Shown here one piece after another: positions 50,266 through 63,229 of a stretch of 64,000 bases of DNA. Below the pieces are notes generated by a model, which did not search any database, was not told the DNA's origin, and saw nothing but the letters and a program-made list of their open reading frames with translations. Within the stretch, counting starts at the first letter, position 1, and each line of letters begins with the position of its first letter. The stretch comes from Podarcis tiliguerta (Eukaryota), in assembly GCA_965153285.1 (NCBI GenBank), contig OZ229119.1. One strand, written 5' to 3'. A program made the position numbers and the translations under genes.

Positions 50266-50358
50266 CTGAAAATCTCCGATGAAAGTTAAGAAGAAGAAAA
50301 CAAAACTGAAGGCTACTACCCATTCGCAGATTGCACTCACAAAATGAAACACGTAATC
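50266..50358 (-). CDS. DRAM1: DRAM1 exon 6 (DYVFHFVSAICEWVVAFSFVFFFLTFIGDFQ)
   Basis: cctttag acceptor, CAG|gtgggt donor; SAICEW motif. Confidence 0.96.
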
Positions 50359-51085
50359 CTAAAGGAAAGGAGAAATAAAAAGTAATTCTAAACACCAAAC
50401 ATGGCAAACAGAAGGCAGGTCAGCCAGGCAGATACCAATTAATGTATACACCAGGAACACAAAAAAGATGCCTATTTTTATTTTGGAGAAATACATTTTG
50501 TGTTATTGTTTGTTTGTTTTTTAAAAATGTTAAACTCCTTAGAACATTGGAGACACTGAGGTTCACATTTCCTTGTTAATCCTTCTGAAATTTCGAATAA
50601 TTTTATTACAGTTCTCTCTTTCTCTCTCTCTTTGATGGGTATTGCTTTTAAGACATTTTTTACCGTCTTGTAAGAAAAGCTGTTTAAAAATAATAATAAT
50701 CTAGATTTTCAAGATAGCCTATTGGTCACTTGTTCAGATTTTTGCCATTTTAAGATTTTGAAGTTTTATGATGTTTTAAATTATTTTACTGCATTCCGCC
50801 TTGATATTTTTTTGACCTGGCTGCTTACAAATATTCAAATAATAAAGCCCTTCCTTCACGCCTCAGGATACAAACATATTGTTAGAAAGAATCATTAGGG
50901 ATTAATTTCACCCATTTACACTCTGTAGCAAGATTGTGTAGCAAGGTGCATTCTCCCCTTTTTTTATTTAATTTTATGAGATTCGTAAGGCATGTGCTCC
51001 CTCTTGTGGTATATCATACCCACAGAAATTCTTGCAGAAATATGGAATTTCCAGCAAGGTTAGTCTGTTGCTGCAGCAAAAACAT

Positions 51086-51170
51086 AGTGCCTTGTTGCTC
51101 CTTAAAGACTAACAAATGTATTAAGGTAAGAGGTTTTAATGGACTAAAGCCTGTTTCTTTAGATGCATGA
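51086..51170 (-). mobile_element. Degenerate Penelope-like terminal fragment
   Basis: Minus strand GCATCTAAAGAAACAGGC...TTTGTTAGTCTTTAAGGAGCAACAAG resembles recalled reptile PLE ends. Confidence 0.5.
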
Positions 51171-51417
51171 AGACAGTGAGGCAGACAAATGCATCATCAG
51201 GTCCGCTCCAGTCAAGACTGTTCCCCTCACTGCAACCAATTTCACAGTATTTTCTTTTCTTTTTGTATTTTAAAATTGTGAACTTCCCCTCTGGGTGCCT
51301 CGGCAAAAAAGGCTGCCTATAAATGCAGCAAGTAGGTGTTATCCTCAGCAGGCAAGTGCATATATACGGGTGCATAAGCAGAAATTTGCAGGCAAGCACC
51401 ATCACAATTAAATTCAT

Positions 51418-51565
51418 GATGCTGGCATCTGTCTGCCTTGGGAGACAGTGGAGGACTGCAGCTTTGGGGGTGAGGTCAAGCTGTTGGAAGGTTGCAGCAC
51501 CTGCTGTGGCTGTAGAGACCAGTGCAGGAGAGACATCTGCAGCTGGCTGCAGATGCACCATGGCG
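51418..51565 (-). mobile_element. RTE LINE 3' end fragment
   Basis: Reverse complement resembles 45800-45960 (TCTCTACAGCCACAGC...AGACAGATGCCA). Confidence 0.7.
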
Positions 51566-51824
51566 TCTGAATTTAGTGCACATCTCCTGAATTTAGTACG
51601 TATCCGCCTAAAGGTAGGATCAGTGCTGATTATGCAAACTCCTTCATTTATACCACTTCAAACCCCGTGCACAGCCTCCAAAACCCGAATGTGTAGCTTC
51701 TCACCCCTGATTCCTACACAGTTGTTGTCACTGAACCATTTCATTTCCAAACTGAAACAGGGTTGCAGAGCTATAGGAAACCTTAAACCTTAACTGAACA
51801 CTATGTTGTACCAGGAAGGTGGAG

Positions 51825-52150
51825 GGTCTCCACCCCCATCGTTCAGCCCAGACACTGAGGTCCAGCTCCAAGGGCCTTCGGGTGGTTCCCTCACTGCGAG
51901 AAGTGAGGTTACAGGGAACCAGGCAGAGAGCCTTCTCGGTGGTGGCTCCCGCCCTGTGGAATGCCCTCCCATCAGATGTCAAAGAAATAAACAACTATCT
52001 GACTTTTGGAACACATCTGAAGGCAGCCCTGTTTAGGGAAGTTTTAAATGTTTGATTCTGTTTCAATATTCTGTTGGGGGTCACCCAGAGTGGCTGGGGA
52101 AACCCAGCCAGATGGGCAGGGTAAAAATAATAAGTTGTTGTTGTTTTTGT
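51825..52150 (+). mobile_element. L2 LINE 3' fragment (DRAM1 intron 5)
   Basis: RAFSVVAPALWNALP motif in ORF 51819..52055; same family as 47897-48335. Confidence 0.85.
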
Positions 52151-52753
52151 TATGTGCTTTGCTCATTCTGACCCCAAGTGTAAGGAGCCTACTTGCAGCA
52201 AGGAGAGGAGCATTACTGCTTCCCCAAACACAAAGGCGAAAAGCCTGCTTTTTGCTTGCTGCACTTGATGGTCCAAAAGGAGATTCTGACAGCTCTGGCC
52301 ACCTGGTGGAATGAGTGAATAAAATAGGAGCAGAGGTAAGTAGCAGTGTATGCCCTGCAATGCCCTTTTTTGGGGGGGGGGAATATGTGTCTCCCCCTCT
52401 GTATCCTGATGTTGGCACACCTATGCATTCTCAGTGCTAACTTAGAAAGAAAACTCATCTTGTTCTCAATTTACCTATCACCAGCATTAAACATGCCTAG
52501 ATATTAAAATGTATGTACATTCTTTTGCATTATATTAAGTATCACAAAACAATATGGCAGCTTTTATAACTATGGCTATCTATGTAAATGCAAAATGGTT
52601 CTTAGCCTTGCACAACTTAGCTTAGTCTGTGCAGCTTCAAACTTACCAAAGTTAAGTCCTTTGTTGTCTACTTTTGCCTGTCTTAATTTGAAAGTATTGA
52701 ACAACCAAACAAAATGGAAGAAGGATTATATTTTTTTACTTAGTATACCTTAC

Positions 52754-52812
52754 CTTTTCGCCTGGATTCCACTCAATCTTTGTTATGGAAACTAGTGAAG
52801 CACACGCAATCA
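52754..52812 (-). CDS. DRAM1: DRAM1 exon 5 (MIACASLVSITKIEWNPGEK)
   Basis: ctccag acceptor, AAG|gtaagg donor, 59 bp; matches human MIVCASLISITKLEWNPREK. Confidence 0.95.
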
Positions 52813-53985
52813 CTGGAGGAGAGGGTGTTAAAGGGAAACAACTGATTTAAAATGTAATGCTATTTTTGGCTTGTAATGCAGCAATACGTAAGTATTCACA
52901 CAGAGGAATGGAACAGTCAGTGAGAGCCAGCACACAAACATACACAAACTTCCACAGACAATTGCAAGAAGTATGATGCACGTCTGATTTTAGAATTTAT
53001 ACAGCCACAAATGTTTGGTGCACGGTCATGTAAGAAAGTTCACCAAACAGGAAAACGGATGAAGTTAGTATCCGGTTTAGATTTTAAATGCCTAAATGCC
53101 CCCCCCCCCGGGTCACAGACTTTTTATTTCAATGATAGGACCTTTGATTGATTTTTTAAAAAAATGTTTAAAAGTTCTCCAAAATGATATGAACTGTAGG
53201 TTGGCAAATCACAGTCACTTCAGGAACTTTTATTACCATCAAATCTCAGAGTAGCCACACATGCAATTCTGTCCTCAGAACGGTTTTGGAATAAGGACTT
53301 ATCCACACTTCCTCTTCCCTGGGGAAAACTTGCTCTTTACTGCTGAATAGGAGGAAACGTCAGCTGGGTTTCCCACGGATTGCTACTGGTTCTGATTTAT
53401 TGCTAAAGAGCGGGGTTTCCAAGGGAAAGCGGCAGGGCAAAGGCAAAACCGCTTGCAATCTATGGCCTGATGACCTTGGTGATTCTCAGTAGTCTTGTTA
53501 TTTTACTCTCATGGTTGGTACCTCTGATCTCTACTTGCTGTGACTGCATAATTTCATCCATCCCTGAATAATAACCAACATGAGCAAACAGCCCTTGATC
53601 ATCCAGGGATTCGTTTACTTGGTTTTATTGTCAACCATGCTTTTGAGTGCAACCAAGCTTGCACAAACCCTTAGGTCATATAACCGAATCACGAGAAGGA
53701 AATAAATTCAAAGGGCCAATACCTCAGAACCAATGATCACGTAAACAAGACCCTAACTCCAACTCTCAACGTTACTTAAATTTTATGGCTGTAATCGTCA
53801 AATCGTCCCATTCTTAGTAGTCTGCTAAGCCTCAATAATAAAAGATCTAGAGAATAGCAGAATGAACATGTTACTTTCAGTGAAGGCATTTCAAATAACT
53901 GAATGCAATAGGAATGGGTTGTTGTTGTTGTTAAGGTAGAGTATTCATGCTTTAAACAGGCAGAGTGACATACTGAAAAGGATAC
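52813..53985 (-). other. DRAM1: U12-type (minor spliceosome) GT-AG intron, DRAM1 intron 4
   Basis: 5' splice site GTATCCTTTT; branch site TTTCCCTTTAAC (52838-52827) about 15 nt from the AG. Confidence 0.9.
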
Positions 53986-54163
53986 TGGGAATGATAGCTA
54001 CCCAAGTCATTACACAGAAGAACAGCCTTGTGTGACATGCACACAAACTGCTCCATTCTGGATGCGACTTGTAAGAGATTACAGTCTGAAGCACAATGTA
54101 CAGAGCGCCAGACATAAAAGCTAAAAGAGCACCTCCATCGTGGACAGCAGGAACTGTTAGCTC
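53986..54163 (-). CDS. DRAM1: DRAM1 exon 4 (ELTVPAVHDGGALLAF...WVAIIP)
   Basis: ttttcag acceptor, 178 bp; within ORF 53945..54187; VHDGGALLAF motif. Confidence 0.96.
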
Positions 54164-55461
54164 CTGAAAAGACAATTGGAAAAGCATTATCTAGGATTGC
54201 AATTTCGCTAATGAACACAAAAAGCAGACTGATACTGCGGAGGGTAAACACGAGAAGACAGACTGGATTTGTTAATATCTCAGCAGATGAGACTGAAAAG
54301 AAACCATGGAACTTTGATGCATTGTGCATCCCTGTTCTCAGAATTTTCCATGTGGTTCCAGGACAGTCAAAACTGCACAGAAGAGCTGTGATGCTTTATG
54401 GTTTACACATGTTATTCTTTGTTCTCTTCCTTTTTGTTATGCTTGCACTTCAATTAAAGATTGAAATAAAGGATAGGGGAGAACCACCACATAGAAAAGC
54501 AATGTGACCTTGTTTTCCATCATGCTCATTTTATGCAACCAATAATTATTTTCTGCAGAATATCCACAGTTCTGTGATCAAGATCCTGGCTTCGGAATCG
54601 AAGGGTGAGATTTTGGTTCTTGTTATTTGCTAGTTGGCCTTGAACAACCTGCTTAACCTTGCTTGACTTTGGCATCTGCACATGAAGTTAATTACCTCAT
54701 TCACTCTTCTCATATCTTATGCTACAAATTCTTGCAAAACCTAAGGAGCACAGCTTCTAAATATATAAAAGGAAATGTCACAATGTGAAGGGTTAAGGAC
54801 AATTTGACTTGTCCACTTGCTAATTCCGCACAGCAGTGCATTAATAACCATGGGAAAGCATGAAACTAGCAACACAACCCACAGATTTAAACAAAACAAT
54901 CAAGCAATGGAATTTTGTCTTTGTTTAGCAGCTAGCTACTCTGAACAGGTATCTGGACACAGCAATGGGCTGGAGGAGGGCTCAAGCCATCAACATGTGT
55001 GTTAACTGGCTGCCAGGTATATAATAAATTGTTTCTAAAATGCCTTCTCTCATTTATTTCCATACCATCATTTGATGCCATTAGATCTTCCAAAGGAACA
55101 TTGTTGGGAGAACCACATTTTGTTGTGGTTGTTGACTATCTGTAATAGTGACAGACACCTGGAATTATCTGCCCTGCACTCCTTCAATGGCCACCACGTG
55201 CCTGTCATTCAGTAAACCAAGAAACAGTCTTTAGGAGGACTTTGACCTCTGGATGAGAGAGTCATTGCATTGCTCCATGCAGCATCAGTTCCAATTCTTG
55301 GTTGCTGATTTGCCCAGAGATTTTGTTTTTGGTTTTTTAAGGACTAGCTTTAGAATGTGATATATATATGGTATTCTTAACTACTTGTAGGCCAAATGAA
55401 GGAGAAGCAAAATATCAATTGAGGAAAGACAGACAAAAAGGTAAATATAATTTGGGCCTAC

Positions 55462-55604
55462 CTGAAAGCTTGCAACAATGCCCATTCCAACACAACCTAT
55501 CCATCCAACAAACAGTGATAGTAAATTGAAACAGGGGGAAATGAAACGCGTCACTTCATTTTGCTCCTTGACAATTAGGTATCTTGCATACATCGTAACT
55601 GCAC
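55462..55604 (-). CDS. DRAM1: DRAM1 exon 3 (AVTMYARYLIVKEQN...GMGIVASFQ)
   Basis: aaaag acceptor, CAG|gtaggc donor, 143 bp; matches human. Confidence 0.95.
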
Positions 55605-55653
55605 CTTTTTTGGAAAAAAGACAAAAACGTAAGTTATTAAGAAATTGAGACTA

Positions 55654-55803
55654 CGTTGTACAACGAAGGTAATGCGTACTGAAGAATAAATATGGATGAT
55701 TGCCAGAGAAGCTGAAGGAAGTCCAAAAAGAATTAATTTGTTAAAATTTGGATAAAATTGCATAGTTGTGTTGGAAAACTAATAAAAATTTATTTGAAAA
55801 AAA
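55654..55803 (+). mobile_element. 5'-truncated poly(A) retro-insertion (L1/Tx1-type signature)
   Basis: AATAAA at 55781, A-tail, perfect 15-bp TSD AAGAAATTGAGACTA at 55639-55653 and 55804-55818. Confidence 0.85.
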
Positions 55804-56749
55804 AAGAAATTGAGACTAAAAGAAAATCATTCAACCCACTTTGATCTGATCCCAACAACACAAGGGAAGAAAAATTCTCCATCCTATTCAGATAATTTAT
55901 ATGCTGTAAAGCTCTTCTGTGCAACACAATGAGTAAAAGGTGGAGGCCTTAAATAATGCTTTTCATTTCAGCTCCCAACATTCTGTCCCATTCTGGAACA
56001 ACCAAGCGCAGAACCTTGGGCAGAAGTTATGCAGATTTGATGATCTAATGATTGGGACAACCTGGGCTAGTAGCTAAGCTTACTCTTCGGCCCCAGGGAT
56101 GCACCCCTTTAATTTCTTCCATGTACAAAAATAGTTGCTAAATGTGTGGGAAAATGTAATATACCAATTTATTAAAAGATGTATATTCCATTATTTCCAA
56201 AGAAAACCAAGGTGACTAACAAAAATATCAAAACAAATCACAATGCAGGATGAAACAATACAGCTACTTAAAAAACCTAAACAAATTACTAGAACTCAAA
56301 TGACCAAAGTCTGACTCGTGCAGGATCCATGCAATTCACAGTTCTAATGACTTTCGCAAAACGGTACTACAGAAAGGGCTAGCACTTGGTCTTAACCTTT
56401 CTCCATCCCCTCTCCAACATAGGCATTTCTTGGAAATTTGTCACAGAAAGCCTACTTCCCTTCCTAGTCTCTCTGAATGCCAGAATTCAGAAACTACCCT
56501 GGATTAAAATTTATAAAGCTAACATTGATGATAAAATTCACTTTAAGACTACTGGGTTTGGGCTGACTTCTAGCAGCCAATACCACATAAATCCAGAGCA
56601 GAGAGAATATGCTGCATTTTTGGTGGTTTTTCCTATCTGAAAATATGTGCCCATTTTACAGGTAATCATTTTTACCCAGTCAAGTCTTAGAATGAGACAG
56701 ACTAGAAATTTTAAATTAAAAATGTAATAACAGACACATACATACATAC

Positions 56750-56817
56750 CTAGGAATGCTGAAATGTTAATCATAAATCCAAAAATACCACTTTCTGGAG
56801 GTTTTGCTCCTGTATCA
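56750..56817 (-). CDS. DRAM1: DRAM1 exon 2 (DTGAKPPESGIFGFMINISAFL)
   Basis: ttttag acceptor, G|gtatgt donor, 68 bp; ISDTG..PPES family motif. Confidence 0.96.
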
Positions 56818-58676
56818 CTAAAAAAACAAAAACAAAAACATGCAGTTATAATATACAAGGAATACATTTAAATCTAACTGAAATAATAATGACAGTCACT
56901 TTTACGGCATTTTTTACTGGGAAGGTTTATTAAATACCATGTAATATCCATACTCCTTTAGAAGAAGAAAAAAAGAAAAACAGCTTTGCTAATCAAGTCA
57001 GAGAAACATTAACCAACATTACACTGAAGTCAATGAAACATGTCTAAAAATAAGTAAGTGAGTAACACCTTGAACATAACCACATTTATTTAGAAGAAAG
57101 TTCCATTGTCTTCATTTTCAGATTTACCAGCAGATCTGTATGCTCAGGTTTGCAAACTTGAATCAAACTTGCAGCCTGATTCTATCCACATATATTTTGG
57201 ATTCAAGTTCAGTTTTGTTCCATGAAAAGCTGCTCTGGTGCACATTATTAAAGTAGAATACTCCCAGTATCTCTGAGTTGCATTTGTATTAATAAGCAAG
57301 TCCCTTTTTATTTATTTGAATTTCTGCAGGGAGGGGGTAGTGACTCATTTTCCCTTTGTTTCAAAATCTGTTCTTGCCAATGTAGATCCTTTAAAAAAAA
57401 ACCACACACCAAAAACCAAACAATTTTATCAGGTTATAATCTAGAGATAGGAATATAGCCATTCAAATGAGTGGGCTGCTGATATACTATTATCATCCGT
57501 GTTATGTACTGAAGATGTTCACCCACAACTTAACAATCAGCATAGCTAACAGCCCAACAGATTGATAATTCCATCAGTGCTGAGACACTTATCAACTGTG
57601 AATGGTGTAAGACTGTGTGAGAGAGGAATGAACTGTCTTCCACTCCTCCAAACACATAATTGGTGGTGGTGTCCAAACTGATAGTGCCTGAACTCCCCAT
57701 CATGCTGGGACTTCATTTACATTTCCTGATTCATTACTGGAAATTCCATATTTGGTCCATAGTCCTTGAAGCAAATATCTGAACCTGGAAAACAAGCATG
57801 CTGCATCCTTATGAATGTGCGATTTTAAATTTAGCAAGAGATATGCAAATGGAAATCAGCCTGAATGTGTGTGCTGGTCTTACTGCACAATCTTTCTATA
57901 GCATTCTGCAGTTTACTTTATCTGATTGATTGCTAAGCAAGCCAACTTCAAACAAAGTTGGTTTGTTTAACTCACTAAAACAAGGATTCCTGGTTTGCAT
58001 GCAGTGCTAAGCACGGGATTCTTTGAAACTGAAAGTAAACTTTGCAGATACAAACTCCCTGTCAGTGCCAACCATCAGCTGGGTTCCCCATACAGTACTT
58101 TATTTATTCATCTTTTAGAAACACCCTTACTTTTATTTTAATCCGCAGGATTTTTTTAAAAAAGTGTTAAGAGTCACAAATTAATTATAAATAAGCTCTA
58201 AGTAACTTGGTAGACAGCAGAAAACTCATGTCCCAAGTGACTCACTTGGGACAAATCTGAAGTACTTCTTCAATTAGAGACTGGCCTATATTACCTAAAT
58301 ACTAAACTGAACTGCGATCACTTCAAAGTCTTTGAAGAGCATTGGGTAAGACGAGAATGGAATTTGCACGTAACCAATGTGCAATTTGAATTTCTTCTTG
58401 GAACACTTAATGGTTTAAGAGCATCACAAATAATAAAAATTGCATTGAATGCCATTCAGTTTTTATTTAAACCTTTAAAAATTGGGTTTATGCATGAATT
58501 ACAGTGTTTGAAAGATTGTCATTAAATAACATCTATAATGTGATTAAATTTTAACCATGCTGTAAATTGTGCCTAAATGACAAAACAGTGAGGAAGAAGA
58601 AACATAAACATTTAACTTAGAAAAACTGCGTCCAGGTAACTAGTAATAAGACATTCTGGTTCTATTATTTTAGGCC

Positions 58677-59154
58677 CGTGGTTTTCAACCAGGGTGCTGT
58701 GGCACCCTGGGGTGGCTTGAATGATGGCCAGGGGTGCCACAGGCAACCCTGGCCTCTGTCCCTCTTTCCTCCTCTCCCACCTCTGGTTCCTTCTTGTGTC
58801 TCTGCCTCCCAAAGCTGTTTGTTGCAGGAGCCCTGGCTACAAGCTCCCCAGGCGAATGGTGCTTCTAGGACTGGGAAGGGGTGCTTCCCAGGACCCTATG
58901 GGGCAGTGTGAGGAGGCACCTCTCTTTGGGTGGGGGGTCAGCTCAGAGACCAGGGGAGGACTCCCAAGGGGAGGGGAGAGGAGAGGAGGCTGAGGGAACA
59001 CTCCACAAGGGAGGGGGTTCAAAAAAGCATGAGAGGCTGCCAGCTCTGCAGGCAAGGGGTGACATAACTGGACTCCTGTGCCCCACAGGGATGCCACAGA
59101 AAGAATGCAGTTGGTCAGGGGAGCCACGGACTCAAAAAGGTTGAAAACCTCTGC
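58677..59154. mobile_element. hAT-Charlie-like non-autonomous element
   Basis: GTGGTTTTCAACC / GGTTGAAAACCTCTG termini with a GC-rich interior; TSD not clear. Confidence 0.6.
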
Positions 59155-59577
59155 CATAAACCCACATTTATGCGGTTTTCTGTACAGACAAGAAAACACT
59201 TGCATATCTTATCCATTTCTGCTGGGATGAGTTCTTGAGTCATACTAGCAATCACACGTTACCACAACTTTGTGATGGTTTGCAGTTGTTGCACGCCACC
59301 CCAATCTGCAAGCGTGAGGCTCCAGGGGTTTATCCAGGGGTTTGTAATCCTCCATTAGATTTTAACGCCTGCTGGATCCAGGAACTTGAGAATACAGCCT
59401 AACGCCTTCCCCCAATTAAAAAAAGCGCAGATAATTGTGGATTTCCAGTAAAATGGATTTCCATAACTTTTATTCTTTCTGTTACAGTGCTTCAGTAAGC
59501 ACACATTAGCTATAAAATGGCTTTAAACCATATCAGTAATGATTTCCCTCCTTTTTACAGATATCTAAAAAGCAATA

Positions 59578-59803
59578 CAGTGGTACCTCGGGTTAAGTAC
59601 TTAATTCGTTCCAGAGGTCCGTTCTTAACCTGAAACTGTTCTTAACCTGAAGCACCACTTTAGCTAATGGGGCCTCCCGCTGCTGCCGCGCCGCCAGAGC
59701 ACGATTTCTGTTCTCATCCTGAAGCAAAGTTCTTAACCCGAGGTACTATTTCTGGGTTAGCGGAGTCTGTAACCTGAAGAGTATGTAACCCGAGGTACCA
59801 CTG
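59578..59803. mobile_element. Tigger-type MITE family A
   Basis: TA flanks; perfect CAGTGGTACCTCGGGTTA TIRs. Confidence 0.9.
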
Positions 59804-60176
59804 TATAACAAAAGCTCTGGTCAGAAGTCAGTTTCCACTGTGTTAAGGGGAGACACAACCAAACGAAAATAGCTGTTCCAAAAAGCTTAACTTTGAGGCA
59901 GGGTTTTGTTTTTTTTTGTTTTTTAAGGCTTGAAATTAAGGTTAAACAAAGGTAAAGCACTACAAAGAAAAGTTATGGCCAGCTTTGCTTTTGTTCATTT
60001 ATTTGTCTCAGATTGTAGGGGTGTGATGAGCCAACACATTGATCATTCAGTTCATGCAGCACCCAGAAGCTGCACTTTCCATTCTACCCTCATCTTTTAA
60101 AGTTTTAAGATCAACTCAATGTGTGTGTATTTTACTCTCTTGGGCCTAGCATGAGAGTCACAGTAGAACAAGGAAG

Positions 60177-60177
<1 letters not shown>

Positions 60178-60234
<57 letters not shown>
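60178..60234. repeat. (TA)n(CA)n microsatellite abutting a MITE end
   Basis: Seen directly. Confidence 0.95.
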
Positions 60235-60238
<4 letters not shown>

Positions 60239-60513
60239 GGTGCCCTGCAAGACGAATGCCTCGCAAGACGAAAAACTCGCTAGACGAAAGAGTTTTCCGT
60301 TTTTTGAGTCATTCCGCAAGACGAATTTCCCTATGGGCTTGCTTCGCAAGACGAAACGTCTTGCGAGTTTGTTTCCTTTTTCTTAAAGCCGCTAAGCCGT
60401 TAATAGCTGCTAAGCCGCTAATAGCCGCTAGTAGCCGTGCTTCGCAAGACAAAAAAACCGCAAGATGAAGAGACTCGCGGAACAGATTAATTTCGTCTTG
60501 CGAGGCACCACTG
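60235..60513. mobile_element. Tigger-type MITE family C
   Basis: CAGTGGTGCC...GGCACCACTG|TA termini; internal GCAAGACGAA repeats. Confidence 0.85.
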
Positions 60514-61989
60514 TATATTGCGCTTTCATGTGCTTACATACTGATTGGTTCAGCATTATTATCAGCCATAAAGACAACTAACTAGGGCTGGGCCACGAAA
60601 GATACTCCCGGGTTTCCAGAACCAGTACGGTCATGAGAAAAAAAGAAAGTGTGTACAATTTTATTGAAAAATTATAGGAAAAAATAGGCAATAACCTTAT
60701 ATTTGAAAATATGCGTCCTGGAATTAGTCATGTTGCCAAGGGGCCATACCACAGAAACCAAAATCTTTCTACTAAATATGAATTGCACAGAGGAAATCCC
60801 GTATCTGCGTATGATTCCATGTCCGACTCTCTCTCTCTCTGTGTCATCTCACTAGATGCTGTTAAGTAGTACAGTAACCAATGATGCCCAGGGAAAGTAT
60901 CCAAGTTTCTTTCTTCCACTGGAGACCAACTTTACGGCAGGGTCAGTTTCCTTAGCAGCAGAATGGCAACCGCTGCGCCATAGGAATACAAAACATTTCC
61001 CTTAAGCTTAAGTGTGTTTGAATACACCCTCTTAGAATCATAGAATTGTAGTGTTGGAAGAGACACCCTCCCCCCCCCGAGGGTCATCTAACAATAAGCA
61101 AGGTTGCTATTTTCCTTGACGAAAGGTCTGTGGCTTTCATAGCTGCAAGCCAGGAAGAAAGTCAAGTGCTTGCTGCACTGGTAACAGAGGAAAGACTGGG
61201 AAAGCTTCGATTTTGTGTTTCTGCAAATCTTGCAGCTGCCATGCACAGAACCCTACATAGGTGGGATAATTTCACAAAGTCAAGTGCTGTTTTCTCCACC
61301 ACAAGTTCAAGTCCCAACAAATTCAGTGGGACTTGGGTTGCAATCCTGACCCACTTATCTAGAAGTAAGTCCTACTACTTCTGAGTAAATATTGTCAGGA
61401 TTACACCGCTACCTCTACCTCAAGCTGCAATACACTATCCTAAGTATACTTTACCTGATGCAATTTCTTATAGAAACAAACAGGGTTAAGGATTGGGTAA
61501 TAAAAGTTGAAGTCTCGTGCACCCTTACTTGGGAGTAAGCCCCACTAAAATCAGTGGGATTTATTTCCGAGGAAAGACACATAGGATCAGTTAAACACAT
61601 GAGCTACAACAATATGCACATTTACTCAGTCGGTCTTAGTCCTTCAGCAAACTGTTACTGTCCTGTCACAACTTGCTGTTAGTTATGGGTTCCTCAAGAC
61701 AACCTGTTTACTGAGCGTTCAACCTGATTTGCTTGACAAGGTTTAAGTTAAGTCTTGAGCATTCATTCTGTTTTGTCCGTGGGATTTTTATATGACAATC
61801 AGCATTCCATTAAAGTTGCGATCCTAAACCCACTTTCTTGAGACTATAAATCCCACGGAAATCAGTGCAGCTTACACACCAGTAAGCTCCCTTAATCAAA
61901 TTGGTGAGTGCTTTAAACCACATCCTTAACCTTTGGAATTGAAGACCTCACAGGCCAGGCCTACAAATGCAGCAGAATGTGGGATGCAA

Positions 61990-62125
61990 CAGGCATAGGC
62001 AAACTTGGCCGTCCAGATGTTTTGTGACTACAACTCCCATCATCCCCAGCTAACACGACCAGTGGTCAGGGATGATGGGAGTTGTAGTCCCAAAACATCT
62101 GGAGGGCCGAGTTTGCCTATGCCTG
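61990..62125. mobile_element. Palindromic hAT-type MITE
   Basis: CAGGCATAGGCAAACT / AGTTTGCCTATGCCTG; internal inverted ACTACAACTCCCATCATCCC. Confidence 0.8.
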
Positions 62126-62380
62126 TTTGAGACTGTCGTAAGGAGACAACACTTTTGAATGCTTCACTATGTTTAAAGATCAAACGAAAACCTCCAAGTC
62201 AAGAATTAGCACATAAAGTACAAATACTTTAACCCAGCCATTTCCCCATACCACACCGCTTGTCTACTTGCCAGTATGATCCCTCTTGTATGAAGTGGTA
62301 CAGTCCACTCCAATCATCTCAGAACATTACCACCAGACTCCCTTTCCCTCTGGGCCAGTTTATAGATCCAGCAAACTGAA

Positions 62381-62630
62381 ATAGAATCATAGAATTGTAG
62401 AGTTGGGACCTCAAGGGTCATCTAGTCTGACCCCCTGCAACCCAGGAATCTCAAGTAGAGCATCCATGACAGATGACCATCCAATCTCTTCTTAGAAACC
62501 TCCACTGAAGTTGAGTCAACCATCTTCTGAGGGGGTCCATTCCACTCTCTGACAGCTCTTGCCATCAAAAATTCCTCCTAATGTTTAGTCAGAATCTCTG
62601 CTCTTGTAACTCGAAGCCATTGGTTGCCAT
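62381..62630 (-). mobile_element. CR1 LINE 3' fragment
   Basis: ATAGAATCATAGAAT tail and GGTCATCTAGTC motif; shorter tails at 33401-33459 and 61035-61090. Confidence 0.75.
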
Positions 62631-62828
62631 CGTCCCCAATAGCCTGGGCCACTTAAAACAGCATGTGGATAGTTGCATGTCACAACACTCCCTGCATGAA
62701 CTAAAACTCCCTGATTACAGAAAGTGAGAATGTCAGGGAGAAGCACCTGCCTTCTCTTAAAGGTCAAGCTAGCTTTCTATATGCAGGGAGTTGCCCCGAC
62801 TCTCCATACAGGCAGCGTTTAGACATAA

Positions 62829-63182
62829 GAGACGCGGGTGGCGCTGTGGGTTAAACCACAGAGCCTAGGACTTGCCAATCAGAAGGTCGGCGGTTCGAAT
62901 CCCTGCGACGGGGTGAGCTCCCGTTGCTCGGTCCCTGCTCCTGCCAACCTAGCAGTTCGAAAGCACCTCAAAGTTCAAGTAGATAAATAGGTACCGCTCC
63001 GGTGGGAAGGTAAACGGCGTTTCTGTGCGCTATTCTGGTTTGCCAGAAGCGGCTTAGTCATGCTGGCCACATGACCCAGAAGCTGTATGCCGGCTCCCTC
63101 GGCCAATAAAGCGAGATGAGCGCTGCAACCCCAGAGTCGGTCATGACTGGACCTAATGTTCAGGGATCCCTTTACCTTTACC
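62829..63182 (+). mobile_element. Full-length Sauria SINE in DRAM1 intron 1
   Basis: A and B boxes, CCTTTACCTTTACC tail. Confidence 0.9.
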
Positions 63183-63229
63183 CTCCAGGGGTCAAGAAAA
63201 CCTCCCCCACTTGATCTGGCATGCCTGTG

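Noticed and set aside
63218-63227. p53 response element near DRAM1 exon 1 (mammalian DRAM1 is a p53 target)
   Set aside because: Only isolated imperfect half-sites were seen (TGGCATGCCT here, GCGCAAGTCC at 63941); no paired RRRCWWGYYY decamers. A real site may lie outside the window.
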